Positions 17,611 to 26,943 of a stretch of DNA of 61,461 nt are shown here, in pieces. A model generated the notes under the pieces. The model worked only from the letters and a program-made list of their open reading frames with translations. It was not told the DNA's origin and ran no database searches. Every line of letters starts with the position of its first letter. The first letter of the stretch is position 1. The translations under genes and the position numbers were made by a program. Origin of the DNA: Candidatus Methylomirabilales bacterium (GTDB taxonomy: Bacteria > Methylomirabilota > Methylomirabilia > Methylomirabilales > CSP1-5); NCBI GenBank assembly GCA_046758505.1, contig JBHIAH010000009.1, positions 1 through 61,461 on the forward strand, in the 5' to 3' direction.

Positions 17611-19686
17611 GTGGTGATCACAATTCCCAGATCTTGGATTCTGGCCGGCGTCCTGACAGGATTACTCGTCGGCGTGGCCGGGGCACAGGAGAACACGGGA
17701 GAGGGAAAAACCGGTGCGGCGCAGGCAATCGTGCGACTCCCCCAGGTCGTCGTCTCGGCCACGCGCCTCCGAGACGTCTTTCTGGATCTCGGCCGGGTGC
17801 CGGCGCAGGTGCGGGTCGTGACCGAGGAGGAGATCGCATCGTCAGAGGGAAAGACGGTTCCAGAGGTCATTCAGTACCAGCCCGGCATGACCTTTTACCA
17901 GAACGTCGGCAATGCCTATGAACCGACGTTGGACATGCGGGGCTTCAGCGCGGAACCGGTGACCACCACCACGGTGATGCTGGATGGGGTCCGGGTCAAC
18001 AATCCCGATTTCAACGTGGTCGACTTTGATCTGATCCCGGTGGAGGACCTGAAGCGGATCGAGGTCGTTCCGGGGACCGCATCTATTTTTGGCAAAAACG
18101 CCTTGGCGGGCGTGGTCAATCTCGAGACCAAGCGGGGAGGGCCGGTGCCCAAGGCCACGGTAGAGATGGCCGGGGGGAGCTTCGGCCACACCCGATACCG
18201 GGCCAGTGTCGGGGGCCCCTTGGGAGGCTTCGACTACCACCTCGGGTTGACGCAGGTCCTGGAGGACGGGTTTCGGGATGATTCCGACGCCGACGTCCGG
18301 AGGCTCTTCGCCAAGGTGGGTCGCCGGATTGGTACCGAGACCGACGTGACTCTCTCCTATCTCTTTGTGGACGATCGCATCGAGCAGGCCGGCTCCCTGT
18401 CGGAAAATCTCCTTGAGCAGGACCGGACCCAAAACATGACCCCGGGGGACTTCGTCGCGCGGACGCTCCACGCGGGCACCCTCAATCTCCGCCAGCAACT
18501 CCCGGCCGGCTTCTCCCTCGCGCTCAACGCGTTCGTCCGGGATCTGGACCAGGAGATTTTCAACGTGGGTCTCACGAGCGAAAGTACGACGCTCACCGAC
18601 ATCACGACCGGCGGGGTGACGTCCCAGGTGACACACGAGGCCACCCCTTTCGGTCACCGAAATGTCCTTGTGGCCGGGGTGGAGTACACCCGGAGCGATT
18701 TTGACAGCCGGGGCTCTTCCCAGTTCACCGGTTTCCCCCCCTCCTCCTCGAAGACGGAGACCGGTGAGGATGTGGTGGGTATCTTTTTCCAGGAAAGCTT
18801 CGACCTGATTCCAGAGGTCCTCGTTTTGAGCGGCGGGGGGCGCTACGACTGGGATCGGATCGACTTCTCCGACCGGGTCGATCCCACCAAGGACCGTGTC
18901 CGGATCTTCCGACGCTTCAACCCACGGGCGGGGCTGACCGTCAACGTGACCCCGGACGTCGGTCTCTACTTCAGTTACTCGGAGGGATTCCGCACGCCGA
19001 CGGTGAATGAGCTTTTTGCGTTTGCCCCCTTTTCCTCGAACCCGGACCTACAGGCGCCCACATCCCGCACCTACGAGGTGGGGACACGGGTCCGGCTGGG
19101 AGCGCACGTCGAGGGAACACTGGCCCTCTTTCAGACCGATGTGGACGACGACATCTTCTTTGTGGTGACCGATCCGACTACCGGTGGCGGGTTAAACGAG
19201 AACGTGGACAAGACCCGGCGGCGGGGGCTCGAGGTCACGCTCCGGGGCCGATACGGGGAGCTGGTGGACGGATTTGTCAGCTACTCCTACATCAAGGCAA
19301 CCTTCGAGACCGACGCCCTCCTGAGTTCGGGGCTGGCCCGCGAGGGGAACGACATCCCCCTCGTCCCCCGGCATCGCTTGGGCGTGGGGGTGAATGTCCG
19401 TCCCATCGAGGGACTGACCCTTTCGCTCACCGGCCTCTATGTGGGTGCGCGGTTCTTCTCCGGGGACGAGGCAAATCTGAGCACGCCGCTCGATGCCTAC
19501 GGGGTGATGAATGCGCGGGCGAGTTACCGGATGGGACCCCTGACCCTTTTCGTGAAGGGGGAGAACATCCTCGATGCCGAGTACGAGCCGTGGGGTGTCC
19601 TCGCCTTTGGCGGCACGAGGTTCCTGATCCCCGCCCCGGGCGCCAGCTTTCTGGCAGGCGTCAGCGTGGATTTTCCGGGGTCGTAG
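17611..19686 (+). CDS. btuB: TonB-dependent cobalamin receptor
   Basis: Signal peptide, VVVSATR TonB box, plug domain (RIEVVPG), beta-barrel; B12 riboswitch upstream. Confidence 0.9.
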   Translation: MVITIPRSWILAGVLTGLLVGVAGAQENTGEGKTGAAQAIVRLPQVVVSATRLRDVFLDLGRVPAQVRVVTEEEIASSEGKTVPEVIQYQPGMTFYQNVGNAYEPTLDMRGFSAEPVTTTTVMLDGVRVNNPDFNVVDFDLIPVEDLKRIEVVPGTASIFGKNALAGVVNLETKRGGPVPKATVEMAGGSFGHTRYRASVGGPLGGFDYHLGLTQVLEDGFRDDSDADVRRLFAKVGRRIGTETDVTLSYLFVDDRIEQAGSLSENLLEQDRTQNMTPGDFVARTLHAGTLNLRQQLPAGFSLALNAFVRDLDQEIFNVGLTSESTTLTDITTGGVTSQVTHEATPFGHRNVLVAGVEYTRSDFDSRGSSQFTGFPPSSSKTETGEDVVGIFFQESFDLIPEVLVLSGGGRYDWDRIDFSDRVDPTKDRVRIFRRFNPRAGLTVNVTPDVGLYFSYSEGFRTPTVNELFAFAPFSSNPDLQAPTSRTYEVGTRVRLGAHVEGTLALFQTDVDDDIFFVVTDPTTGGGLNENVDKTRRRGLEVTLRGRYGELVDGFVSYSYIKATFETDALLSSGLAREGNDIPLVPRHRLGVGVNVRPIEGLTLSLTGLYVGARFFSGDEANLSTPLDAYGVMNARASYRMGPLTLFVKGENILDAEYEPWGVLAFGGTRFLIPAPGASFLAGVSVDFPGS

Positions 19687-19701
19687 ACGAGGCGGTTTTC
19701 C

Positions 19702-20664
19702 ATGCGAGAGTGGTCGAATCGTCTGAGCCGAATTTCGCTCCCGTGGGTCTTTTCCCTGTCGCTCCACTTCGCCGCCCTCGCGCTCCTGTACCGGTGGGGT
19801 GTCAACCCGGCTCTTTTCCAGGGGGAGAGGGCGTTGGAGGTCAAGCTCGTTCACCTCGGCCGAGGGAGTGGGGGGGCGTCGCACCTGGGCGGCGCGGACC
19901 GGCCTTCATTGCAGGAGGTGGGGAGGTCGGGCGGCGCACGGATCTCAGAGCTCCCCTTGATAGAAGAACCTCATCATTCGCGAAAAAACAGAGGGGGGAC
20001 AGTCGGTCCGCCGATCCCTCAGAGGCCTGCGGCCGTGGCGGACCTTGCTCCGTCCGCGCGTGTGCTGAGGAAGGAAAGCAAACGGGCCACGCCGGCTTCG
20101 GCGGCGAAGTCGCAGGCCCCGGATGTTGCCGCATCCCGCCCTGTCGTGTCCGATGAGCCGGTGCGGCGGCCGGGTGCGGGCGGGCCCTCGGGACGTGATG
20201 AGACCCGCGGGCATCACACGGAGAGGCCCAAGGGATTGGCAGGCGAGCGGAGCGACCTCGGCCTCGGGGTCACCCCGATGGCCGAACCGGCAGAGGCGGG
20301 GACAGGAGACCGCGGGGTGGCCGCGGGTCGGCAGGGGAGCGGGATCGGCGCCAGATTCGGGATCGGGAAGGGTCAGGGATCCCGTGGGGGCGGTACCGGT
20401 GGGTTCCGGCTCTTGCGCCGAAGGATCGAGCGGGCGAAGCGGTATCCCCCGCAGGCGCGCCGCTGGGGGATGGAGGGGACCGCGGAGGTGCAGTTTCGGA
20501 TTGCCGGGGATGGGAGCGTCGAAGGGATGATGATTGTGAAGTCCTCAGGATTTCCTCTGTTGGATCAGGCCTCGCTTGAGACCATCAGGCGAGCCGCCCC
20601 CCTCCCGGTGATCCCCGGGACCATCCGTGTCCCCATCTCGTATCGGTTGCGAGACGAGCGCTGA
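19702..20664 (+). CDS. tonB: TonB family energy transducer
   Basis: TM with SLSLH, low-complexity linker, C-terminal YPPQARRWGMEG...SSG..LD domain. Confidence 0.88.
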   Translation: MREWSNRLSRISLPWVFSLSLHFAALALLYRWGVNPALFQGERALEVKLVHLGRGSGGASHLGGADRPSLQEVGRSGGARISELPLIEEPHHSRKNRGGTVGPPIPQRPAAVADLAPSARVLRKESKRATPASAAKSQAPDVAASRPVVSDEPVRRPGAGGPSGRDETRGHHTERPKGLAGERSDLGLGVTPMAEPAEAGTGDRGVAAGRQGSGIGARFGIGKGQGSRGGGTGGFRLLRRRIERAKRYPPQARRWGMEGTAEVQFRIAGDGSVEGMMIVKSSGFPLLDQASLETIRRAAPLPVIPGTIRVPISYRLRDER

Positions 20665-20709
20665 GACCCGATGGACACCGGTGAAGCGCTCTGGTATCAT
20701 AAAGGTCCA

Positions 20710-21327
20710 ATGTCTGACGATCCCATTCCGATCCTCGAATTTTCCGATTACCTGTGACCCTGGTGTTATCCGGCGGCGGTCCGCCTCCAGCGTCTTCAAG
20801 AACGATACGCCGGGCGCATCCATCTCACACGGCTCAGCTTCGCCCTTCGGCCAGAGCCCGATCCCACCGCCACCTTTCAGGGGACGTATCGCGAAGCAGC
20901 CTGGCGAAAAGCCTCCTCCCTTTCGGCGGATGTGAGCATCGCCTTTCGGATGTGGACCCGACCCGACTTTCCCCAGTGGAGCCTGCCGGCCCTGGAGGCG
21001 GCCAAGTGTGCGGGACTGCAAGGCCCCGAGTATTTTGAACGGATGCACCTCGGCCTCTTCAAGGCCTTCTTCTCGGAAGGGGTGAACATCGGAAAAATGG
21101 AAGAAGTGGTCGAGGTGGCCCGCCGAACCGATCTCGACATGGGGCGATTTCTCAAGGATTACGAGCAGGGAGGCCAGCGGCAGCGGGTCTTGGAAGAGTA
21201 CGCGCAGGCGGTGGCGCAGTATGGCGTGCGGGCCATCCCGACCGTTATCATCGGCGAGGCACCCCCGATTGTCGGCGCGGTGCCACTGCAGGAGTACGAG
21301 CGCCTCCTGACCCGCCTTCTCCGGTAG
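20710..21327 (+). CDS. DsbA/FrnE-like oxidoreductase, probable selenoprotein (UxxC)
   Basis: ATG 20710 reads MSDDPIPILEFSDYL-UGA-PWCY and stays in frame into ORF 20932-21327 (YGVRAIPT, IVGAVP). Confidence 0.88.
20758..20790 (+). promoter_or_regulatory. Putative bacterial SECIS hairpin
   Basis: GGCGG-CGGT-CCGCC stem-loop with GGU about 20 nt 3' of the UGA; lower CTGG/CCAG pairing. Confidence 0.65.
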
Positions 21328-21560
21328 CCCCCCGTGTTTTCAGGTCCCGATTTTTTCTTGGGAAAATGGGGATAAGTAGAATTATCTGTGGGCAATAAGG
21401 GGGAAAAGGAGACATGCTAATATTCCGTCGAGTGTGCGGAGGGAGGCGAAGGGGGATGCCGACCCCGAGTCCATAATTGCGTCGCCTGAGAGGACACAAG
21501 TATCGCCCGCCGGGCGAGGGGTGTTAAGCGCGCCGCAGCAGACGACGGAGCGAGCCGCGG

Positions 21561-21586
21561 CAATTGTCAATTGTAGACTTGACCCC
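21561..21586. mobile_element. Orphan copy of the RAYT element-1 end
   Basis: CAATTGTCAATTGTAGACTTGACCCC, identical to 6938-6963. Confidence 0.85.
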
Positions 21587-21833
21587 ATCCCCCCCACAAA
21601 TGTCATGCTTCGACCCCACAGAGCCTTCATGAGACAGCCTGGAGGAACCTCGAATAGAAGTTGACAACGAGGGGTCTTGCATGGATGACCCCGATCCCCT
21701 TTGCTTGTCCTAGTTCACCCCCAAAGGCACCGTTGAATGTGCCGGAGGGGGGCGACGGGCAATGCGGTCTTGGGTCGATCCGTACGGCCCGCTACGGGCG
21801 GCGTGCGAAGAGCCAAGGGCCCTCACTCGCAAT

Positions 21834-21855
21834 GTCAAGATTCAAGACCTGACCC
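21834..21855. repeat. RAYT-type end of a different sequence family; exact inverted copy at 24221-24242
   Basis: GTCAAGATTCAAGACCTGACCC / GGGTCAGGTCTTGAATCTTGAC. Confidence 0.8.
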
Positions 21856-21879
21856 TCTACCCCACTCTACCCCTACCCT

Positions 21880-22235
21880 TCACCCGACCGGGACCCGAGT
21901 ATCTTGACGCGCGCTTCGCGCCCCCCCAAAACACAAAGCACCGGAGAGCATGCAATAGCTCATAGTCCAGAGTCGAGTGTCGAGTGGTGTGTGGTGTCGC
22001 TCAGGTCCCGAATCTTGACATTCATCCTCATCCATCCGGCCCGTCCCCGGATAGTTGAGAGCGGATGGGCGAAAGTTGGGAGCGCATAGTCCATAGATCG
22101 TTGATAGTTGAGAGCCCATTCGGCAGTGGTTCGACAGGCTCACCACAAGCTCAGGGCAGGTGGAGAGTTGATAGATAGTCGAGGGTCGAGTGTTGAGAGT
22201 CGAGAGCCACAAGCCACTCTCATTCCCCTTGCCCC
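21880..22235. repeat. Inter-cassette repeat module, copy 1 (related copies at 24261-24524 and 25991-26280)
   Basis: Shared CACCCG..GCGCGC..AAACACAAAGCACCGG..CCATCCGGCCCGTCC..GATAGTTGAGAG heptamer blocks. Confidence 0.85.
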
Positions 22236-22631
22236 TCATCGAATCCGCCCCTCGGCCCACTCGACGACGGCCTCGGCGCTCGCGACCGCTTCCGCATACT
22301 CTTGCTCGGAAACGGACCTCACGATTCCGGGATAGCGGGTGACCAACGCGTATCGAGTCAGTTCCTCAGCCTTGCGGACCACCTCCGGGATCTCCTCTCC
22401 CTTCTCTTCAAGCACTGACAAAAGACGCGCCAGGTCGTGCACGTAGGGGAATTCGATGTCACGCCTGATCATAACAGCCTTAATGGCCTTCTCGGCCGCC
22501 TGCTGGGCCTCAAAGCAAAGATCCTCCAGATATGCTTCAGGGATTCTGCTCCTCGCTAAAGCCAGATTGCTCCTGGCCCGGTTCAACCACTCCCGAGGAT
22601 CATCGGGCCGGAAGCGCTCAGGAGGATTCAT
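22236..22631 (-). CDS. HEPN domain protein
   Basis: WL.RA.SNL, CFEAQQAAEKAIKA, HDL..L, RYP. Confidence 0.92.
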   Translation of the reverse strand: MNPPERFRPDDPREWLNRARSNLALARSRIPEAYLEDLCFEAQQAAEKAIKAVMIRRDIEFPYVHDLARLLSVLEEKGEEIPEVVRKAEELTRYALVTRYPGIVRSVSEQEYAEAVASAEAVVEWAEGRIR

Positions 22632-22956
22632 AGACCACCTTACCCTCCCTCAGCGCGGGCTTGATAACGAGGGCGTGGCTATCTTTGAAGCGCTCTACAT
22701 CGTCAGGCGTGACCACGATCGCATCGACCGCTGCACCGACGCCGTGAAGGTTCCTGTAGATCTGCCCCATCAGATCGAGAGCGTCTGCTCCTCTCTTGAT
22801 GATGAGCAAGTCTACGTCGCTGTGAGGTCCGACCTCCCCGCGCGCCGCCGACCCAAACAGAATAATCTTCTCTGGCTTCGCGACCTCGACGATCCGACGG
22901 ATGATCTCGTCGAGTGTCTCCTGAGTGACCGTTCGGTTGGCGATGGTCTTCTTCAC
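22618..22956 (-). CDS. Minimal nucleotidyltransferase (MNT)
   Basis: ILFGSAARG...SDVDLL; overlaps the HEPN gene. Confidence 0.92.
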   Translation of the reverse strand: MKKTIANRTVTQETLDEIIRRIVEVAKPEKIILFGSAARGEVGPHSDVDLLIIKRGADALDLMGQIYRNLHGVGAAVDAIVVTPDDVERFKDSHALVIKPALREGKVVYESS

Positions 22957-23361
22957 CCTTCATACCTCACTCAGAGTAACGCCAGGGATCAAATCCTTTG
23001 TCGCCTCATTCTCCCTTTGACCCCTCGCGCCGCCGCGCCCCAAAACACAAAGCACCGGGGAGCATGAAATAGCTCATAGTCCAGAGTCGAGGGTCGAGGG
23101 CGGAGTGTTGAGAGTTGAGAGTAAGAGCCAGTCTCATTTCTCCCCTCGCCTCCACTGCGTGCCATCCAATCTTGCTCATGGGGTCAAATCTCTGCTTGAC
23201 TCATGTTGGTGCAATCGCCGTAAGTAACCAATGGTGGCCGAAAACGCAAAGCACCGAAGGGCGGTATCGCCCATCCCGAATGGATTTCTCCCGGGCCGCG
23301 TGCTCCGACACGGCGGCAATCGGAAAATCCAGGTTCGCCAACCTCTTACATTCCTTGGGAA

Positions 23362-23997
23362 TCATGGCGCCTTCTTCGGTCGATAATCACGATGATCAAG
23401 GCATGAGTCGTAAGTTGCCCTATCGATCCGAATCCAGTCGGTCTTATCTATGCCCCGTTTGTTTCGCGAGGTCGGACTCGACGGGAACGCGCAGGCGACC
23501 TTGATCCAGCGGTCGTGTTTTCGGGCGGCCAATTTTACTTCCTCCACTGCTTCCGTCAGATCCTGATCCTGGCTGAATATCAAGCAGACATCGTACGAGT
23601 CCTCGCGTACTAGGCGTACGATATCCAAGGCCAAGCGCACGTCAACACCTTTCTCCTGTCCGACAAGGAAAGTATGTTTTGAGCCGTCCGGAAGATAAAC
23701 AGTCTGATTGCGGTATCGGAGCGAGCGTGAAAAGATCGTAACCCCGCGTCTCCCCATTTGGGCAAGCTTGGCAGTCCAAAAATGGTGCCAGAAGGCGTCG
23801 TCTTGAACGTCTGGCACACCCGTATAGAACCGGGTTCCGCTCAGGTTCCACCCTTGCGCCTGGCAAACCGTCCGGGAAAGGCACAAAGGATCATAATTTG
23901 GGTAGGAGTAACCAAAGGCCTCCTTAGCGGCGTAGAACAGATTCTGCCCATCGATGAAAGTGCTGGCACGGGGAACTGCGGGGGGAGTCGGGGTCAT
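23362..23997 (-). CDS. NYN/LabA-DUF88 PIN-like RNase domain protein
   Basis: FIDGQN, EKGVDVRLALD, FSQDQDL acidic motifs. Confidence 0.9.
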   Translation of the reverse strand: MTPTPPAVPRASTFIDGQNLFYAAKEAFGYSYPNYDPLCLSRTVCQAQGWNLSGTRFYTGVPDVQDDAFWHHFWTAKLAQMGRRGVTIFSRSLRYRNQTVYLPDGSKHTFLVGQEKGVDVRLALDIVRLVREDSYDVCLIFSQDQDLTEAVEEVKLAARKHDRWIKVACAFPSSPTSRNKRGIDKTDWIRIDRATYDSCLDHRDYRPKKAP

Positions 23998-24008
23998 TGC
24001 GACCCCCT

Positions 24009-24109
24009 AAAATAAATAACCCCGCCCGAGGCCTTTCGGCGTGTCGAGCGGGGGGCAGATACATCCTGAATCCACAAGAAAACATAGTACATGTGGGTCG
24101 CTAAGTCAA
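24009..24109 (-). promoter_or_regulatory. Sigma70 promoter plus structured leader/terminator upstream of the NYN gene
   Basis: TTGACT-17-TATGTT (24109-24081); hairpin CCCCGCTCGA..GCC GAAA GGC..TCGGGCGGGG followed by TTATTTATTTT. Confidence 0.7.
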
Positions 24110-24524
24110 GCCCTATTTGCATTTTTTGGATTTCCCCCTCCACCAAACCCATACGGCGGTGGGTCCTCGCGTACCCGCATGGGCTGGGTGACGGCGTCCA
24201 CCGACAGGTAGCACCGGATGGGGTCAGGTCTTGAATCTTGACTTTTCCCCTTCCTCGCATTCACCCGGTCGGCACCCAAGTGTCTTGACGCGCGCTTCGC
24301 GCCCCCCTGAAACACAAAACACCGGAGAGCATGCAATAGCTCATAGTCCAGAGTCGAGTGTCGAGTGATGTGTGGTGTCGCTCAGGTCCCGAATCTTGAC
24401 ATTCATCCTCGTCCATCCGGCCCGTCCCTAGATAGTTGAGAGCGGAGGGTCGAGAGTCCATAGATAGTCGAGAGTCGAGTGTTGAGAGTCGAAACCCAAA
24501 AGCCACTCTCATTCCCCTTGCCCC

Positions 24525-24902
24525 TCATCGAATCCGCTCTTCGGCCCACTCGACGACGGCCTCGGCGATCGCGACCGCCCTATCGTACTCCTGCCGCGTG
24601 ATCGGTTCGGCAAGGCCTGGATAGCGCGTGACAACCGCAAAGCGAGTCAGGCGGCCCGCCTCCTTGACGCTTTCCGGAATAGGCTGGCCCGCTCCCTCGA
24701 TCAAGCCAAGGAGCGCCGCAAGGTCATGCACATACGGAAACGGGATCCCGAAATGGACCAGCACCCCCTTGATGGCCTTCTCCGCCGCCTGCTGTGCATC
24801 AAAACAAAGATCTTCCAAAAAGACGCCGGTGAGCCGGATGTCCTCTTTGGCTCGTAGCAGATTACTCTTGGCCCTGTTCAACCATTCCGTTGCGGCCGTC
24901 AC
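24525..24902 (-). CDS. HEPN domain protein (paralog 2)
   Basis: CFDAQQAAEKAIKG, HDL, RYP. Confidence 0.92.
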   Translation of the reverse strand: MTAATEWLNRAKSNLLRAKEDIRLTGVFLEDLCFDAQQAAEKAIKGVLVHFGIPFPYVHDLAALLGLIEGAGQPIPESVKEAGRLTRFAVVTRYPGLAEPITRQEYDRAVAIAEAVVEWAEERIR

Positions 24903-25258
24903 CGGTTCCGGTTCTCCGTTCGCGCGTCGTAAACCACCTCGCCCTCCCGCATTGCGGGGTAGATCACCAGGGCAAAGTCATCGCGATGCCGCTCGACATC
25001 TTCCGGCGTGACGACAACAACATCCACCGCCTGGCCAACCCCGAACAGGTTCATGTAGATCTCTTCTGTCAGCCGACCCCGGTGGATACCGCCGCCTTTG
25101 ATAACCAGGAGGTCGACATCACTGTTGGGACCCATTTCCCCGCGAGCGGCCGACCCGAACAGAATGATCTTCTCTGGCTTCGCGACCTCGACGACGCGTT
25201 CGATGATCTCGTCCAATGTCTCCTGAGTGACCTGTCGATTGGCGATGGTCTTCTTCAC
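24899..25258 (-). CDS. Minimal nucleotidyltransferase (paralog 2)
   Basis: ILFGSAARG...SDVDLL. Confidence 0.92.
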   Translation of the reverse strand: MKKTIANRQVTQETLDEIIERVVEVAKPEKIILFGSAARGEMGPNSDVDLLVIKGGGIHRGRLTEEIYMNLFGVGQAVDVVVVTPEDVERHRDDFALVIYPAMREGEVVYDARTENRNR

Positions 25259-25410
25259 CGTTCATACCTCACTGAGGGCAAGCAAAAAGCACCGGGGGGC
25301 GTGGGTGCCCATCCCGGGACCATAGGAGAGCAAATAGTCGAGTGTTGAGAGTTGAGGGAGTGACCAACCCCCCCATACTGCCTTCCCCTATCACCACCTA
25401 AGCGACGATC

Positions 25411-25659
25411 CTACCTTCCGAAAAGATCCTGAACGAGCGTCTCGCGAGTAATTTCCAAGTAGCGTGCTACGTCATGAAGAATGCCACTCAGGGTGCCAAC
25501 CCGCAGGTGCTCGTGACGGGGAATGGTTATGTGATGTTCAGCGCCTTTGGTGGTTGATGTGAGGCGCACGTGGCTGCCTGTCTGCCTCATGATCTCGTAG
25601 CCATACCGCCGCAGGGCGGCGGCTAACGCTGCCCCGGACAGGTCTCGCGGAAGCCTCAC
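25411..25659 (-). CDS. hicA: HicA family toxin
   Basis: RQTGSHVRL, ITIPRH..L..GTL..IL. Confidence 0.9.
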   Translation of the reverse strand: MRLPRDLSGAALAAALRRYGYEIMRQTGSHVRLTSTTKGAEHHITIPRHEHLRVGTLSGILHDVARYLEITRETLVQDLFGR

Positions 25660-25868
25660 GCGGGGATGACCTCATCCTTCACAAGGTGCAGGCGAATGAT
25701 GCGTGGTCTTTCCCCTTCGTCGAAGTGGCAGCAGACCGCGTCCCGGACCATCGCCTTGATCTCCTCGAGGGTATCAGCCTGCGTGTAGATTGAGTAGCCC
25801 AGGGCCCTGGCCTCATAGCCGCCCTCCGGCGACTCCTCGACCGCAAATATGATCTCGCTTTCCGCCAT
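25656..25868 (-). CDS. hicB: Short HicB-like antitoxin
   Basis: EESPEGGYEA, TQADTLEE...VRDAV; overlaps hicA. Confidence 0.8.
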   Translation of the reverse strand: MAESEIIFAVEESPEGGYEARALGYSIYTQADTLEEIKAMVRDAVCCHFDEGERPRIIRLHLVKDEVIPA

Positions 25869-26284
25869 CTATCACCTCCGTGGGACGATTATAACTGCCC
25901 AGCGCCGATCGGCAAAACCCAAAAACAGCAGGGGGTGGGGTCGACGGGTGGGGCCGGGGCTTCAATCTTGACACGTCCCGTTCCCCGCGTTCACCCGACC
26001 AGGAGCCAAATGGCCTGACCCGCGATGCGCGCCCCCCTCAAACACAAAGCACCGGGGGGCCACGGAGAGCTGAGAGCTGAGAGTGGAGGGTGGGGAGTGG
26101 AGAGCGACAACATTCGTCGGCCATCCGGCCCGTCCTTAGATAGTTGAGAGTCGAGAGTGGAGAGTCCATAGATCGTTGATAGTTGAGAGCCCATTCGGCA
26201 GGCTCAGGGCAGGTCGAGGGTCCATTGACGGTTCAGGGTTCACAGTCTGTCACAGCAACCACCGGAGGCGAAGCCTCTTTTGCC

Positions 26285-26656
26285 TCATTCCTCCTCACCG
26301 GCGAGTTCTCTCTCCAGTTTCTCCAGGGGAGGCAGCACCCGCGCGACGGCCTCCCGTAAGGACGGCAGCTCATGCTCGATCAGCCGCCACACCTCGTGAA
26401 GATCAACACCCTCATACTGATGGATCAACACGTTCCGAAAGGCCGCCAGACCGCGCCAGGGAATCGCAGGGTGCGCCTGTCGGTACTCCTCTGGAACCCG
26501 CCGGGCCGCCTCGCCGATGATCTCGAAGTTACGAATGACCGCGTCTTGAACCAACTGCTCGGCGAGAAAGGCCTCCTTGCCACCGGCGACGTACTTCACG
26601 ATTCGCTCAGTACATTCCAGAATCTGGGCCAGGTAAACGCGCGGATCCTTCCTCAC
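26285..26656 (-). CDS. HepT/DUF86 HEPN RNase toxin
   Basis: DAVIRNFEIIGEA, RNVLIHQY (RX4HXY). Confidence 0.92.
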   Translation of the reverse strand: MRKDPRVYLAQILECTERIVKYVAGGKEAFLAEQLVQDAVIRNFEIIGEAARRVPEEYRQAHPAIPWRGLAAFRNVLIHQYEGVDLHEVWRLIEHELPSLREAVARVLPPLEKLERELAGEEE

Positions 26657-26943
26657 AGAGGCCTCGCCTCTCTCAGGATCCGACGACGCAGGAGCCAGTA
26701 GATGGAGTTTTCGGTGAGCACATCCACCTTGTGGCCGAGCAGCTCCTGCAGATCCAGGATCAGTTCTGTGTGATCGAGGAGACTCCGGCCAGGTTCCAAA
26801 TCGACCAGCAGGTCGATATCGCTTGCCCCGTCCGCCTCGCCGCGTGCCGCCGAGCCAAAGACGCGGACATTCCGCGCGCCACGTTTCGCGGCGATGCGGA
26901 GGATTTCGTCCCGCTTCGACCTCAGTAGCTCCTCAACCGTCAC
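26653..26943 (-). CDS. MntA-like nucleotidyltransferase antitoxin
   Basis: VFGSAARG...SDIDLL...KVDV. Confidence 0.92.
   Translation of the reverse strand: MTVEELLRSKRDEILRIAAKRGARNVRVFGSAARGEADGASDIDLLVDLEPGRSLLDHTELILDLQELLGHKVDVLTENSIYWLLRRRILREARPL

Noticed and set aside
23990..24006. GGGGTC-ATTGC-GACCCC mini-palindrome (also GGGGTC-N10-GACCCC at 21671-21692) as a RAYT excision scar or REP
   Set aside because: It matches the first 11 nt of the element-2 end, but 6-bp stems are too short to separate from chance in GC-rich DNA, and one overlaps the NYN start codon.
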